A DNA stretch of 64,000 nucleotides. It comes from Candidatus Bathyarchaeota archaeon. GTDB taxonomy: Archaea; Thermoproteota; Bathyarchaeia; Bathyarchaeales; Bathycorpusculaceae. Made by a program: the position numbers and the translations under genes. Positions 48,131 to 58,408 of the stretch are shown here, piece after piece. Position 1 is the stretch's first letter. Each line of letters opens with the position of its first letter. The notes under the pieces were generated by a model, which was not told the origin of the DNA, ran no database searches, and was given only the letters and a program-made list of their open reading frames with translations. The stretch is taken from assembly GCA_963815095.1 (NCBI GenBank), contig CAWFFH010000003.1:864001-928000 (forward strand), in the 5' to 3' direction.

Positions 48131-48556
48131 CTACTTCCATTCCCAGATTGTAATGTTTAATTCCATCCACATTGAGTCAGCCGCTTCAAAAGTAACTAGA
48201 ACGACAGTTTCGTTCAGCCAAGCCAGTTTATCGGACATCGTCATAAAACTCCATAAGCCCACGCTTGTGGGTTTTGCCCCTGGCACCATCTTCATTAGGT
48301 CAAAACCTTTTAAAATTGCCATATCCCCGGTCATAGTCATCAGCATTCCTTGATCCATTGATGATGCTATGCCTTTTGGGGGAGTCATGCTCTTGCCTGT
48401 TACGTTTAGGTTGCAGTCTACGCCGCTAGCTTTTCCCATGCCTTTCATCTGGGCGGTCCAAGTATATACTGATGTTACACCATCCATTCCGACGGATTTT
48501 ATGAAACTTGCACCACTTTTGCCTTTGCCTTCCCAAAGTTTTTCACCAATTGCCAT
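48131..48556 (-). CDS. Hypothetical beta-rich protein
   Basis: ATG at 48556 after GAGG; MAIGEKLWEGKG...KLAWLN...WEWK. Confidence 0.7.
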   Translation of the reverse strand: MAIGEKLWEGKGKSGASFIKSVGMDGVTSVYTWTAQMKGMGKASGVDCNLNVTGKSMTPPKGIASSMDQGMLMTMTGDMAILKGFDLMKMVPGAKPTSVGLWSFMTMSDKLAWLNETVVLVTFEAADSMWMELNITIWEWK

Positions 48557-48738
48557 TCTATTTTCGCCTCTACAAAAGAAAGGAGCTTTTGTTGGGAATT
48601 TAAGCAGTTGTGGTTGGACTAGTACAGCAACAAGCAAGCAATTTAGGTTCACTTTCACCTAACCCTCCGCTCCTTGGAGAGGTCGGCGTTTGGGTTGATT
48701 TAAAAGAGTTTTTCATAGATTGGTGATTTGGTGCAAGT

Positions 48739-49077
48739 ATGTTTAAGGGTAACTTTGGGAAACTGATGGTTTACGCTTCGGTAGGCATTCCAAGCGGGAA
48801 ACGGTTAGAATCAGTTAGAGCTGCTGCAAAAGAAACTGCTAAAAGTTTGAATTTAGATTTTGAAATGGTACGATTAGATCGAGCATCGTCACCCATTTAC
48901 GTGTATTACGAGGAAAATAATGGGGATGACCCAATCCCTCTCTATTGTGATGAAGGTAAAATGTCAGGTTTGGACGAAATCAGCGGTAAACTCAGAAATA
49001 TGATGTTTGTGTTGTCTTTTCATCCAAACCATTCGGCGTTAAGAGAAATGAGGAAAGAGATTCTCAAACTTTCCTAA
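48739..49077 (+). CDS. Hypothetical protein
   Basis: GGTG RBS; IYVYYE....PIPLYCD...MFVLSFHP.H. Confidence 0.7.
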   Translation: MFKGNFGKLMVYASVGIPSGKRLESVRAAAKETAKSLNLDFEMVRLDRASSPIYVYYEENNGDDPIPLYCDEGKMSGLDEISGKLRNMMFVLSFHPNHSALREMRKEILKLS

Positions 49078-49387
49078 AGCGGATCGCTTGGTTTTCAAGC
49101 ATAACCTCGTAAACTTGGTTAACATCGAAATTTATTCCTAAGTTGTCGTATTCTTGTTCGGTTAGAAACAAAATTATTTTCGGTGTTGCCATCTGTGTGC
49201 GTTGGGGCAAAAACGGCATTTGTGTTTGAAGTGCTTGCATGATGTCTTGAGCCATTTTAGCTTCGTCAGATTGGGGTCTCACTATGTAAGGGTTAACTTC
49301 TCGTTCTTCGAGGAGCTCAATTCTTTTTCCAAGGTTACCGTCTAAGTCGCGGGTAGATTCGATTTTGCTAACTCTAACACGAAACAA
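49064..49387 (-). CDS. Arcadin-1-like protein
   Basis: V.......D..G....I.L.EE.E, ..Q.D....M...MQ..Q..MPF, P.I.L.LTE.E...G..DV....E...EN..I resemble Pyrobaculum arcadin-1 as recalled. Confidence 0.65.
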   Translation of the reverse strand: MFRVRVSKIESTRDLDGNLGKRIELLEEREVNPYIVRPQSDEAKMAQDIMQALQTQMPFLPQRTQMATPKIILFLTEQEYDNLGINFDVNQVYEVMLENQAIRFRKV

Positions 49388-49479
49388 ATTATTTTCACTC
49401 TCTCAATAGGATTAGACAGTCACAGATTTAATTCTTTACACCAACTAAACTGGTTGTCGCGAAATAACGGTTTCTCAAT

Positions 49480-50076
49480 TCAGCTAGCTTGCGAGGTCGA
49501 AGATTCAGGTTTAGCTTCTTTTTTGATTTCTGTAATTCTTTGGTCTAGATGTTTAAGGCGTTCACGCATGGTTTTGACTGCTTCATAGATATGGTTTCGC
49601 TCGTGCTCTAACTGCTTGAGTGTACGGTTATCACCTGCTTTGTCTTCAAGAAAAGCTGAGAATGGCGAGGGTATATTTGGCATTGAAACATCGGTTGGTT
49701 CAACATTTAAGACGTCGCGGGAGAACTCGCGAAAGAGGGCACCTATGTTGTTGAATATTTCTGTTTGTTTTACAATGGCGTGTCTTAGGATTAGTTCTCC
49801 TGATTCGGTTATTTTGTATACCTTGAGTCTTCTGTTTTTCTGAGTTTCCCAATGGCCTTTGATGTAGTTTGATTTTTCTAGGTCGCGAAGGATTGGGTAT
49901 ACGCCACCTGCAGTTGGTTGCCAGAAGCCTTTGGTGCGACAGTTGATTTCTTTCATGATTTCGTAGCCGTGAGACGGTCTTTTGTTGAGTAGGATTAGGA
50001 CCCCCATTCGTATGTAGCCTTTTTGGGCTTCTTTCATCCAGTTTGCAGTTGTCTTGTCTTCTGAGTCTGTTATCAT
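49480..50076 (-). CDS. PadR-family transcriptional regulator
   Basis: HGYEI......GFW.P..G..YP.L..LE...I, K.Y.IT..G. Confidence 0.92.
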   Translation of the reverse strand: MITDSEDKTTANWMKEAQKGYIRMGVLILLNKRPSHGYEIMKEINCRTKGFWQPTAGGVYPILRDLEKSNYIKGHWETQKNRRLKVYKITESGELILRHAIVKQTEIFNNIGALFREFSRDVLNVEPTDVSMPNIPSPFSAFLEDKAGDNRTLKQLEHERNHIYEAVKTMRERLKHLDQRITEIKKEAKPESSTSQAS

Positions 50077-50089
50077 TATGTTTCAAAAC

Positions 50090-50145
50090 TATATTGTATT
50101 TGGGTAATACTTATATTTTACCGCAATATATTGCACTGAATACTA
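50090..50145. promoter_or_regulatory. Candidate PadR operator array in the divergent promoter
   Basis: Three TATATT half-sites, including TATATT-N7-AATATA and the palindrome GCAATATATTGC. Confidence 0.45.
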
Positions 50146-50167
50146 TTCAATCAACGTGGAATCCAAA

Positions 50168-51187
50168 ATGGCAAACGAATCCATTATTCAAGTTGACCAT
50201 CTAACCAAGATGTTCAAAAAGTTTACGGCTGTAGACGACATTTCGTTCGATGTTAAGAAGGGCGAAATTTTTGGACTACTGGGACCAAACGGGGCAGGCA
50301 AAAGCACCACCCTACGCATGCTCTCCACCCTATCAAGACCTACCAAAGGAACAGCAACAATCGGCGGCTACGATACAGTAAAAAACGACACAGACGTCCG
50401 CAAATTAATTGGCATCGTGTCAGAAAAAATGATCATTTACAACCGCTTAACTGCGAAAGAGAACCTGTCGTTCTTCGGGAGCCTCTTCAACATCCAAAAA
50501 GACACGTTAAACAAACGAATCGATGACTTACTTGAGCTTGTTCAATTAACCAAATTCAAGGACGCTCAAGTCGGGACGTTCTCGACTGGTATGCGCCAAA
50601 GAATGAACGTGGTCCGAGCCTTGCTTAACATGCCTCAAGTACTATTTCTTGATGAGCCAACTTTAGGTTTAGATCCCCAATCATCAGTGGAAATTAGGGA
50701 GTTCGTGAGAAAACTCAACCAGGAACAAGGAACTACTGTCATCATAACTACACACATGATGCTTGACGCTGACTTGTTATGCGACCGAATAGCTATTGTC
50801 GACCACGGAAAAATCATAGCCCTTGACACTTCAACTAATCTTAAAAAGATAATTTCAGGCGGAGACACAATGATAATTAAACTTGAAGTAGCAAACCTAA
50901 CAGCCAACATGGTAGCCACTGTAAAAGGGCTCAGTTGTGCCGATGCGGTTACGCAGGAAAACTCCACAACCCTGCACGTTATAGTTCATGGTGAAGAAGC
51001 TTTTGACTCTATTATTGATTCTATCAGAAAGTCAAATGGAAAGATAACTTCAATGGCGAATCTGCAACCTTCACTTGAAGACGTATTCCTGCACATCACA
51101 GGCCACGAAGTCCGAGACAGCGCAGACCAGAAAATCAAGCAGGAGAATGGACCAAGGTTTGGTGCAGCTCCAAGTAGAGTAAGGTGA
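50168..51187 (+). CDS. ABC-2 (DrrA-like) exporter ATP-binding subunit
   Basis: GPNGAGKST, FSTGMRQR, LDEPT.GLD, TTH, PSLEDVF. Confidence 0.95.
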   Translation: MANESIIQVDHLTKMFKKFTAVDDISFDVKKGEIFGLLGPNGAGKSTTLRMLSTLSRPTKGTATIGGYDTVKNDTDVRKLIGIVSEKMIIYNRLTAKENLSFFGSLFNIQKDTLNKRIDDLLELVQLTKFKDAQVGTFSTGMRQRMNVVRALLNMPQVLFLDEPTLGLDPQSSVEIREFVRKLNQEQGTTVIITTHMMLDADLLCDRIAIVDHGKIIALDTSTNLKKIISGGDTMIIKLEVANLTANMVATVKGLSCADAVTQENSTTLHVIVHGEEAFDSIIDSIRKSNGKITSMANLQPSLEDVFLHITGHEVRDSADQKIKQENGPRFGAAPSRVR

Positions 51188-51193
51188 TAGAAC

Positions 51194-52393
51194 ATGACCG
51201 CACAAACTATTCTTCAACACAGCTATAGAATCGCGAAAAAAGACTTAACCGAATTGTTCCGCAACCGCCTAGGCTTAGTTCTCTTAATCGTCATGCCTTT
51301 GTTCATGATGGTTATGGTGGGCTTCATCTACCCGTCTAACGGCACAATCACGGGTTTGCAGATAGGCTTGGTCAACGAGGACTCAGGCTTCAATGGAGCA
51401 TTTATGTCTAACACGACTCATGGAGGTTTTATCCAGAGTTTGGAAGTAATCAATGATCAAACACACATGCTCGTGATAACTAACGTCTCAAGTACAGCAA
51501 GCCTCAGGGATATGGTGCAGCGTGGAGAACTGGAAGGCGGTGTAGTCATACCCAGCAACTTCTCCCAAAGTATGCTAACTGGGCAACAGGGCACCCTCAT
51601 AATAGTCAGCGATGAATCAAACCCCCAGATATCCGCGACAATCCAAGCTGCCTTAAGCGGTGTGTTCAATGCAATGGGTCAACAAATAGCCATGCACAAC
51701 GTTCAGACATTGAATTCAACAGTTACAAATCCCCTTGCAGTTATACAGCCCTTTAATGTGCAGACTCAAGGTGTAATTTCAGGTCATCCAAGTTACTTTG
51801 ACTTCATCGCGCCAGGCATCATGGCTATGACTGTTATGATGAGTGTCATGACAGGCTTGCCAGTTGCAATTTCACAAGAGAAGGAAATCGGCACGATGGA
51901 TGGCATGATGGTTGCGCCGGTAAATCGCCTTTCAATCCTTCTGGGTAAGACTGCAGCGCAGACGGCCAGAGGCTTAATTCAGGGTATCATAATCTTGGGA
52001 TTAGCCATCGGCATATTCGGAGTTGCTGTGCAGGGCAGCTTGCTGCTGGTGTTTGCACTGCTTTTGCTGGGCGTATTTAGCTTCGTCGGCTTAGGCATAG
52101 TCATAACATCGTTCACTAAAGACCAAGAAACCGCACAGATGCTCATGATGACACTGATGTTTCCAATGATGTTCCTCTCGGGAGTATTCTTCCCTATACA
52201 GCAAATGCCAGGCTTCATGCAGACTATAGCACATTTCCTGCCGCTAACCTACGCAAGCGATGCACTGCGAAAAGTCATGGTGCTGGGCGCAGGAATACCT
52301 CAAATATCCACTGACCTCATAGTATTGATAGTGTTCGGCGTAGTCATGATCGCAATCGCACTGCCAGTCTTCCGAAGAATGATGACACGGTAG
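51194..52393 (+). CDS. ABC-2 exporter permease
   Basis: N-terminal TM, ectodomain, PG..A, EKE.GT, LGK, FLSG.FFP, PLTY. Confidence 0.93.
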   Translation: MTAQTILQHSYRIAKKDLTELFRNRLGLVLLIVMPLFMMVMVGFIYPSNGTITGLQIGLVNEDSGFNGAFMSNTTHGGFIQSLEVINDQTHMLVITNVSSTASLRDMVQRGELEGGVVIPSNFSQSMLTGQQGTLIIVSDESNPQISATIQAALSGVFNAMGQQIAMHNVQTLNSTVTNPLAVIQPFNVQTQGVISGHPSYFDFIAPGIMAMTVMMSVMTGLPVAISQEKEIGTMDGMMVAPVNRLSILLGKTAAQTARGLIQGIIILGLAIGIFGVAVQGSLLLVFALLLLGVFSFVGLGIVITSFTKDQETAQMLMMTLMFPMMFLSGVFFPIQQMPGFMQTIAHFLPLTYASDALRKVMVLGAGIPQISTDLIVLIVFGVVMIAIALPVFRRMMTR

Positions 52394-52403
52394 GATAGAG
52401 AAA

Positions 52404-52559
52404 ATGAGCACACTCTGTTCCAAATGTCCCTTCTTCCAACTTGCCCCCCTTTTGAGGCGCAAGAACGCACGCAAACGATGCCGCATCGAACCCCAAAGAC
52501 AACTCCGAATCTACGAATGCAAAGACTATCCCGAAAAAAAGGGGCTCTTCAAAAAATAA
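52404..52559 (+). CDS. Small 4-Cys basic protein (51 aa; absent from ORF track)
   Basis: MSTLCSKCPFFQLAPLLRRKNARKRCRIEPQRQLRIYECKDYPEKKGLFKK*, 10 bp after the permease stop and followed by a T-rich tract. Confidence 0.5.
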   Translation: MSTLCSKCPFFQLAPLLRRKNARKRCRIEPQRQLRIYECKDYPEKKGLFKK

Positions 52560-52765
52560 TTCTTTTTTTTCATTTATTAGTCACTTACCTTTCTTCAAGC
52601 CCTCTCCTACGTTTTTTAACCTTTGGAAATGAAATTTAGGGCTTTTTTTCGACTTTTTAGTTGTTTTTTAGGATCTTTTACGCTATTCGACAGTTTGTTT
52701 TAGTGGATTATTCCCGTTATGGTTTTATATTCTACAAGCATACAACTGAAAAGAAGAGAATCCTC

Positions 52766-54208
52766 ATGTCTGATACTGGTATAACCGTAAAGAAATGTGA
52801 CGACTTCAGCGAATGGTACGTCCAAGTGGTTTTGAAAGCTGGACTGGCAGATTACGCGCCCGTTAAAGGCTGCATGATTATTCGCCCCGACGCTTACTCG
52901 GTTTGGGAGAAAATCCAAGAAGTAGTCAACCAAAAAATCAAAGCTACCGGGCACCACAATGCCTATTTCCCCATGTTTATCCCAGAAGCATTCCTCAAAA
53001 AAGAAGCCGAGCACTTCGCAGGCTTCACCCCAGAAGTCGCATGGATTACACAGGGTGGCGACACCCCGCTTGAAGAGAAGTTGGCGGTTCGACCTACCAG
53101 TGAAACCATAATGTACGCGATGTTTAGCAAGTGGATACGCAGCTGGAGAGATTTGCCCTTGAAAATTAATCAGTGGTGCAACATCGTACGTTGGGAAACC
53201 AAGGCAACGAAGCTGTTTTTGCGGACACGCGAGTTTCTCTGGCAGGAAGGCCATACCGCACACGCAACCGCTCAAGAAGCCGAAGCTGAAGTTATGTACG
53301 CGCTCGGTGAGTACAAAGACATTATGGAAAATTACTTAGCTATTCCAGTGGTTGTTGGCACCAAGAGTGACAGCGAAAAGTTTGCTGGCGCCATTTACAC
53401 AACAGCGCTTGAATCAATCATGCCTGACGGCAAAGCTTTGCAGATGGGAACTAGCCATAACTTGGGACAACACTTCGCTAAAGTCTTCGATGTTAAATTC
53501 ATCGGCGAAGACAAACAAGACCACTTTGTATGGCAAACCAGTTGGGGCATTACCACACGGCTAATCGGTGCAATGATTATGGTTCACGGCGACGACAAAG
53601 GCTTAGTGATGCCGCCAAAAGTTGCACCAACACAAGTTGTAATCGTCCCCATTCCATTCAAAGGACTCGAAGCAGAAGCAATCGCCGCTAAAACCAAGGA
53701 AATCGCAGCCACCCTCAAAACTTACGGCATCAGCGTAATTCTCGACGACCGCAACGAGTACACGCCAGGATGGAAATTCCACCAATGGGAACTAAAAGGC
53801 ATCCCAATACGCTTAGAACTCGGTCCAAGAGATCTCAAAGCAGGACAAGTCGTTATGGTCCGACGCGACACAGGCCAAAAAACCCCAGTAACCGATGCCG
53901 ACATCCCAGCAACAGTCGAGAAGCTGCTACAGGAAATCCAAGACAACATGTTTGCAAAAGCCAAAACCGTCCTCCAAGACAAAACCACCTCTGTGCGAAG
54001 CTATGAGGAATTCAAGAAAGTGCTAGAAGAAAAAGGCGGATTTGTCAAAGCAGCATGGTGCGGTAGCCCAGACTGCGAAGCAAAGGTAAAAGACGAAACA
54101 GGTGCCACTATCCGCATTCGACCATTCCAGATAGAAGAGCCAACCTCAAACTGCATAGTTTGTGGAGAGAAAGCTAAAGAAACAGCTTATTTCGCCAGGT
54201 CATACTAA
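52766..54208 (+). CDS. proS: Proline--tRNA ligase (archaeal/eukaryal type)
   Basis: FSEWY, RPTSET, FLRTREFLWQEGHT, GTSHNLGQ.F, C-terminal ARSY. Confidence 0.98.
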   Translation: MSDTGITVKKCDDFSEWYVQVVLKAGLADYAPVKGCMIIRPDAYSVWEKIQEVVNQKIKATGHHNAYFPMFIPEAFLKKEAEHFAGFTPEVAWITQGGDTPLEEKLAVRPTSETIMYAMFSKWIRSWRDLPLKINQWCNIVRWETKATKLFLRTREFLWQEGHTAHATAQEAEAEVMYALGEYKDIMENYLAIPVVVGTKSDSEKFAGAIYTTALESIMPDGKALQMGTSHNLGQHFAKVFDVKFIGEDKQDHFVWQTSWGITTRLIGAMIMVHGDDKGLVMPPKVAPTQVVIVPIPFKGLEAEAIAAKTKEIAATLKTYGISVILDDRNEYTPGWKFHQWELKGIPIRLELGPRDLKAGQVVMVRRDTGQKTPVTDADIPATVEKLLQEIQDNMFAKAKTVLQDKTTSVRSYEEFKKVLEEKGGFVKAAWCGSPDCEAKVKDETGATIRIRPFQIEEPTSNCIVCGEKAKETAYFARSY

Positions 54209-54213
54209 CCGAC

Positions 54214-56040
54214 TTAGCTCAACATAAGCTGACTTGCCACGTCAGCTAGTCCCAACTTTTCCAAAGTTTCTTTTTTCGGAACCCCATTCTTGTCCCAGCC
54301 ACGCTTCTGATAGTAAATATCGAGCATAGCGTCGTATTTTTCTATGTCAAGCACTGCGCCTTTTAGGGGACCTTCGGTTAGGGGTTCTTTGAACCATCGC
54401 ATTGGAGGAACATCTAATCTCCAGCTCCATTTCTCGCCGTATTCTCGCACCCAGAAAGCGCGGATTAGGGTTAGAATTCGGTCGCCAACTTGGTTTAGCT
54501 GTTCCATAGAAAAGTTCACTCCAGTCGATGCTCGCAGGTATTTTTGGTACCATTCCATCTCAAAGCCTAATGAGCCGTGGGGAAAACGGCAGACGGTAAG
54601 TGCTTCGAAGACTCCGCCTCGTAAGAGCTGGGTCTGAATTAGGTGGTCCACTTTTGCTTCGTCATATTTTTCTCTTCCAGTTTTCTGTTCCCAGGTAATG
54701 ATCCAGGCGTCTTTGTGGTGGGCGCCAATTGAGCTTGTGCCATAAGCTAATGCCATGCCTGGTGCAATGTGGCAATCATAGGCGGATACTTCTAAGCCTT
54801 TAACATGCATCGCCCATTCACTTGAGCCTTTGCCAATGGTTTCGGCTGCGGAGCGCACGCCTTCAGCTAAAACCGCGCCTAAACCACGACGATAGGCAAT
54901 ATCGTAAATCAACGCTTTGATCGCTTCAAAGTCACCCCAGCCGATCTTCTGGGGGATTAGACCTTTTTCGGAGGCTTCCATCGCAAAGCCAATGACGCTC
55001 CCGAGAGAAATGCTGTCGAAGCTAAATTCGTCTGCCAAACGGTTTAGGGTAGCGACTTGAGCAAGATCACCTAAACCGATGTTCGAGCCAAGCATAACTA
55101 CGTTTTCGTAGTCCAATTCGGATTCTTTGCCTTCGCTGTCTTTGACGACGTTGCCGCAGGTCATGTTGCACTGCGGGCATCCTCGGTTGGAAATCTTCAA
55201 CTTCTCCATCGTGAAACCGTTTATTCCTTCGGCTTTGTCGAAAACGCCTTGTCTATAGTTGTGAGTGGGGAGGCAGCTGTTTTCTTGACACCACTCAACC
55301 GTTGACATGGTGCCTTGCCGTTTCCAAAAAGAATAGAGTGGTTTTGCTAGAAGTTCTTTGTAACCGTCAACTGCCAGTTGTTTCATTTCTTCGGCGTTTG
55401 CAAGCGGAATTGGCTGGGTGCCTTCGACTACGACGGCTTTAAGGTTCTTGGAGCCCATGACCGCGCCCATGCCCGGCCGCCCGCCAGCACGCCCATTCTG
55501 CGAAACCACTGTAGCAAACCTCACAAGGTTTTCACCAGCAGGACCAATAGAAACGATGCCAGCTAACTTGGAGTATTTTTTCCTAAGTTGTGCTTCAACT
55601 TCAAACGTGCTCTTGCCCCATAAATCCGCGGCATCCAAAAACTCACAGGTTTTATCTTTGATTTGAAGTATGACAGGTTTGGAAGCTTTGCCTTCAATAA
55701 CAAATGCGTCATAGCCAGCTTTACGTATGTTCACAGCCGCCCAACTTCCAGAGTTGCCGTCGCCGTAGCCGCCGGTCAAGGGACTTTTTGAAGCAATGAC
55801 AAGTTTACCGCTGTTAGGCAACCCGATGCCCGTGAGCGGTCCAGTGGCCAAAATGAGTTTGTTTTCAGGCGAAAAAGGGTCTGTTCCCTGCTTGAGAGTG
55901 TCCCAGAGAATTTTGATTGCAAAGCCTCTGCCGCCCAAAAAATTTAACGCCAAATCTTCACTGTACATTTCAGCGACAGCCGCGCTTTTGGTTAAATCTA
56001 CCTTTAAGAAAAACCCTGTCCATCCCTTCATTATAGTCAT
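54214..56040 (-). CDS. aor: Tungsten-containing aldehyde:ferredoxin oxidoreductase family protein
   Basis: GGRG, KSPLTG, IGPAGE, GR.G.GAVMGSKNLKA, C..C...C, DYE, HVKGLE, YY..RGW. Confidence 0.93.
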   Translation of the reverse strand: MTIMKGWTGFFLKVDLTKSAAVAEMYSEDLALNFLGGRGFAIKILWDTLKQGTDPFSPENKLILATGPLTGIGLPNSGKLVIASKSPLTGGYGDGNSGSWAAVNIRKAGYDAFVIEGKASKPVILQIKDKTCEFLDAADLWGKSTFEVEAQLRKKYSKLAGIVSIGPAGENLVRFATVVSQNGRAGGRPGMGAVMGSKNLKAVVVEGTQPIPLANAEEMKQLAVDGYKELLAKPLYSFWKRQGTMSTVEWCQENSCLPTHNYRQGVFDKAEGINGFTMEKLKISNRGCPQCNMTCGNVVKDSEGKESELDYENVVMLGSNIGLGDLAQVATLNRLADEFSFDSISLGSVIGFAMEASEKGLIPQKIGWGDFEAIKALIYDIAYRRGLGAVLAEGVRSAAETIGKGSSEWAMHVKGLEVSAYDCHIAPGMALAYGTSSIGAHHKDAWIITWEQKTGREKYDEAKVDHLIQTQLLRGGVFEALTVCRFPHGSLGFEMEWYQKYLRASTGVNFSMEQLNQVGDRILTLIRAFWVREYGEKWSWRLDVPPMRWFKEPLTEGPLKGAVLDIEKYDAMLDIYYQKRGWDKNGVPKKETLEKLGLADVASQLMLS

Positions 56041-56183
56041 CAAAACCAATTTGTACTTTAGGCGTTCGGGAATAAAAATGTGCTGAGGGCATTCTTAGGG
56101 TCCAATTCCCACAAACTATTTGTCCAATTTAGGGAAGATTTATTTTTTGGGCTATCAAGTGTTCTGGGTACAGGTAACACAGC

Positions 56184-57422
56184 TTGGCGCACGTTAAGGT
56201 CACGAAGAGGGCAAGCAACATCGAGTATGCAATAAGAGACGTTATAGTTCATACTCAGGAGCTCATTAAGAACGGCAAAAAAATCTATTACCTGAACATC
56301 GGCGACCCCGCTGCGTTCGACTTTAAAACGCCACAATACGTCAAAGATGCCCTCTGCAAAGCAATTGACTGTGACGACAATTACTATTCGCCGTCCGAGG
56401 GCAGGTTGGAACTTCGCGAAGCTATAGTACGTAAAGAAAAAAGAGTAAACGATGTTGACATAACAGCCAACAACGTTTTGATTACTGAGGGCATTTCGGA
56501 GGGCATCCAGATGATTCTGGCGGCGCTGGTTGAGAAGGGCGACGAAATCCTCTTTCCTGGACCAACTTATCCACCCTACATTTCATACACCAAATTCTTT
56601 GAGGGTACCCCGGTCGCTTACGAAACAATCGAAGAGGAAGGTTGGGTGCCAAATATTGATGATTTACGCAGCAAAATCTCAGCTAAAACCAGAGCTATTG
56701 TAATAACTAATCCAAACAACCCTACAGGTTCAGTTTACAGCGAAAAATACATTAAAGAAATGCTTGACATCGCAGGCGAAAATAACTTGCCTGTGTTATC
56801 TGACGAGATTTATGACCAATTAACCTACGAGAAACCATTCGTAAGCACTGCTCACCTCTCCAAAGATGTGCCCGTGGTTGGTTTAAACGGGTTCTCAAAA
56901 GTTTACCAAATGACTGGTTGGCGTTTAGGATACATGTACTTCAAAGGTGAAGGCAAACAGCTAGATGACCTCAAGATGGGTGTAGAAAAACAATGCCGCA
57001 TCCGCTTATGCGCAAACACACCTGTTCAAATCGCTGGAGCAGCCGCACTCAACGGACCCCAAGACTTCGTTAAAGGCATTGTCGAAAAACTAAGAGAAAG
57101 ACGTGACTACGCGTTTAAACGCCTAAACGAAATCGAAGGTATTAGCGCAACAAAACCTGAAGGTGCTTTCTACATATTCCCCAAAATCCGCGACATTGGA
57201 TCAAGGTGGAAAAACGATATGGAATTTGTCGTTCAAGTGCTCAAAGAAACGGGCGTTTTAATCGTGAACGGTTCAGGATTCGACCCTTACTATGGGAAAG
57301 ATCATGCAAGAATTGTTTTTCTGCCGCCCTGCGAAGAACTCGAAGAAGCCTTCAACTGCTTAGAGCAATTCATGAAGAAGAAACAAAAGAAAGAAAGCCT
57401 TGGCCATGTCGGCTACGGCTAA
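56184..57422 (+). CDS. Class I PLP aminotransferase (alanine aminotransferase-like)
   Basis: YAIR, LNIGDP, NPNNPTG, SDEIYD, GFSK....GWR.G. Confidence 0.9.
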   Translation: MAHVKVTKRASNIEYAIRDVIVHTQELIKNGKKIYYLNIGDPAAFDFKTPQYVKDALCKAIDCDDNYYSPSEGRLELREAIVRKEKRVNDVDITANNVLITEGISEGIQMILAALVEKGDEILFPGPTYPPYISYTKFFEGTPVAYETIEEEGWVPNIDDLRSKISAKTRAIVITNPNNPTGSVYSEKYIKEMLDIAGENNLPVLSDEIYDQLTYEKPFVSTAHLSKDVPVVGLNGFSKVYQMTGWRLGYMYFKGEGKQLDDLKMGVEKQCRIRLCANTPVQIAGAAALNGPQDFVKGIVEKLRERRDYAFKRLNEIEGISATKPEGAFYIFPKIRDIGSRWKNDMEFVVQVLKETGVLIVNGSGFDPYYGKDHARIVFLPPCEELEEAFNCLEQFMKKKQKKESLGHVGYG

Positions 57423-57429
57423 GAGAAAT

Positions 57430-58314
57430 TTAGATTTTTGTGCCCTGTTTTGGGTCTTCGATTACTTTCTGGAACCCGATCATTAGTTTCTTTGTAATTG
57501 TCCCAGGTTTTCCGTCGCCGATTATGCGTTTGTTGACTTCGCGGATAGGCACCATTTCCATAGCTGTACCCGTGAAGAATGCTTCGTCAGCGGTGAAGAG
57601 CATAAATGGAGTTAGGTTAGTTATTATGAGGTCTATGTCGAGTTTTGCACAAAGTTCAGCCACGACGTCTGCTGTGATGCCTGCCAATGCGCCTGTAGAT
57701 GTAGGCGGCGTAAAGACTTCGCCTTTTTTAACGATAAAGATGTTTTCGCCAACGCCCTCCGCTATGCAGCCGCTCGCTTCTAAGCAGATTGCTTCGTCGA
57801 CTCCGTTTGCGTTCGCTTCTATCTTTGCCAGCACGCTGTTTAGGTAGTTGAGCGATTTTATCTCGTGGGTGGTTGCATCAACTGGGTTTCTGCGTACCCA
57901 GCTAAACATGGTTGTAATGCCGACCTCTTTGGCGTTGCCTGCTTTGATGTTGATAGTATCGGTTATGATTATAATTGTGGGTTTGGGGCATTTACGTGGG
58001 TCCAATCCCAAGTCGCCAACTCCTCTTGAAACGATTAAGCGGATGTAGGAGTCCTTCATTTTGTTTTTTCTTAGCGTTTCAACTACTGCGTTTGCCATTT
58101 CTTCTTTTGTTAGTGGGATCTGGAGCATTATACCTTTGGCTGAACGGTAAAGGCGGTCAATGTGTTCTTTGAGCTTAAAGACTACACCGTTGTATTCGCG
58201 GATGCCTTCAAACACGCCGTCGCCGTAGAGGAATCCGTGGTCGTAGACGGAGATTTTAGCTTGTGATTTAGGGTAGAATTCGCCGTCTATGTATACTTGA
58301 TGTTCATTGATCAT
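57430..58314 (-). CDS. ilvE: Branched-chain amino acid aminotransferase
   Basis: DHGFLYGDGVFEG, KSLNYLN, EG.GEN.F, L.GIT, ADE.F.TGT. Confidence 0.96.
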   Translation of the reverse strand: MINEHQVYIDGEFYPKSQAKISVYDHGFLYGDGVFEGIREYNGVVFKLKEHIDRLYRSAKGIMLQIPLTKEEMANAVVETLRKNKMKDSYIRLIVSRGVGDLGLDPRKCPKPTIIIITDTINIKAGNAKEVGITTMFSWVRRNPVDATTHEIKSLNYLNSVLAKIEANANGVDEAICLEASGCIAEGVGENIFIVKKGEVFTPPTSTGALAGITADVVAELCAKLDIDLIITNLTPFMLFTADEAFFTGTAMEMVPIREVNKRIIGDGKPGTITKKLMIGFQKVIEDPKQGTKI

Positions 58315-58408
58315 TTGTTTTCCCCTTCTTGGATGACTGTTTCATATTGTACAATTGTTTGATATAGTTTATCCCAGTGATACATACGATTCGTTTACAT
58401 CTGATTTA

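Noticed and set aside
48640-48700. GC-rich hairpins in the divergent intergenic region (possible riboswitch or sRNA)
   Set aside because: No match to a riboswitch, C/D or H/ACA consensus I can recognise; short stems could be chance
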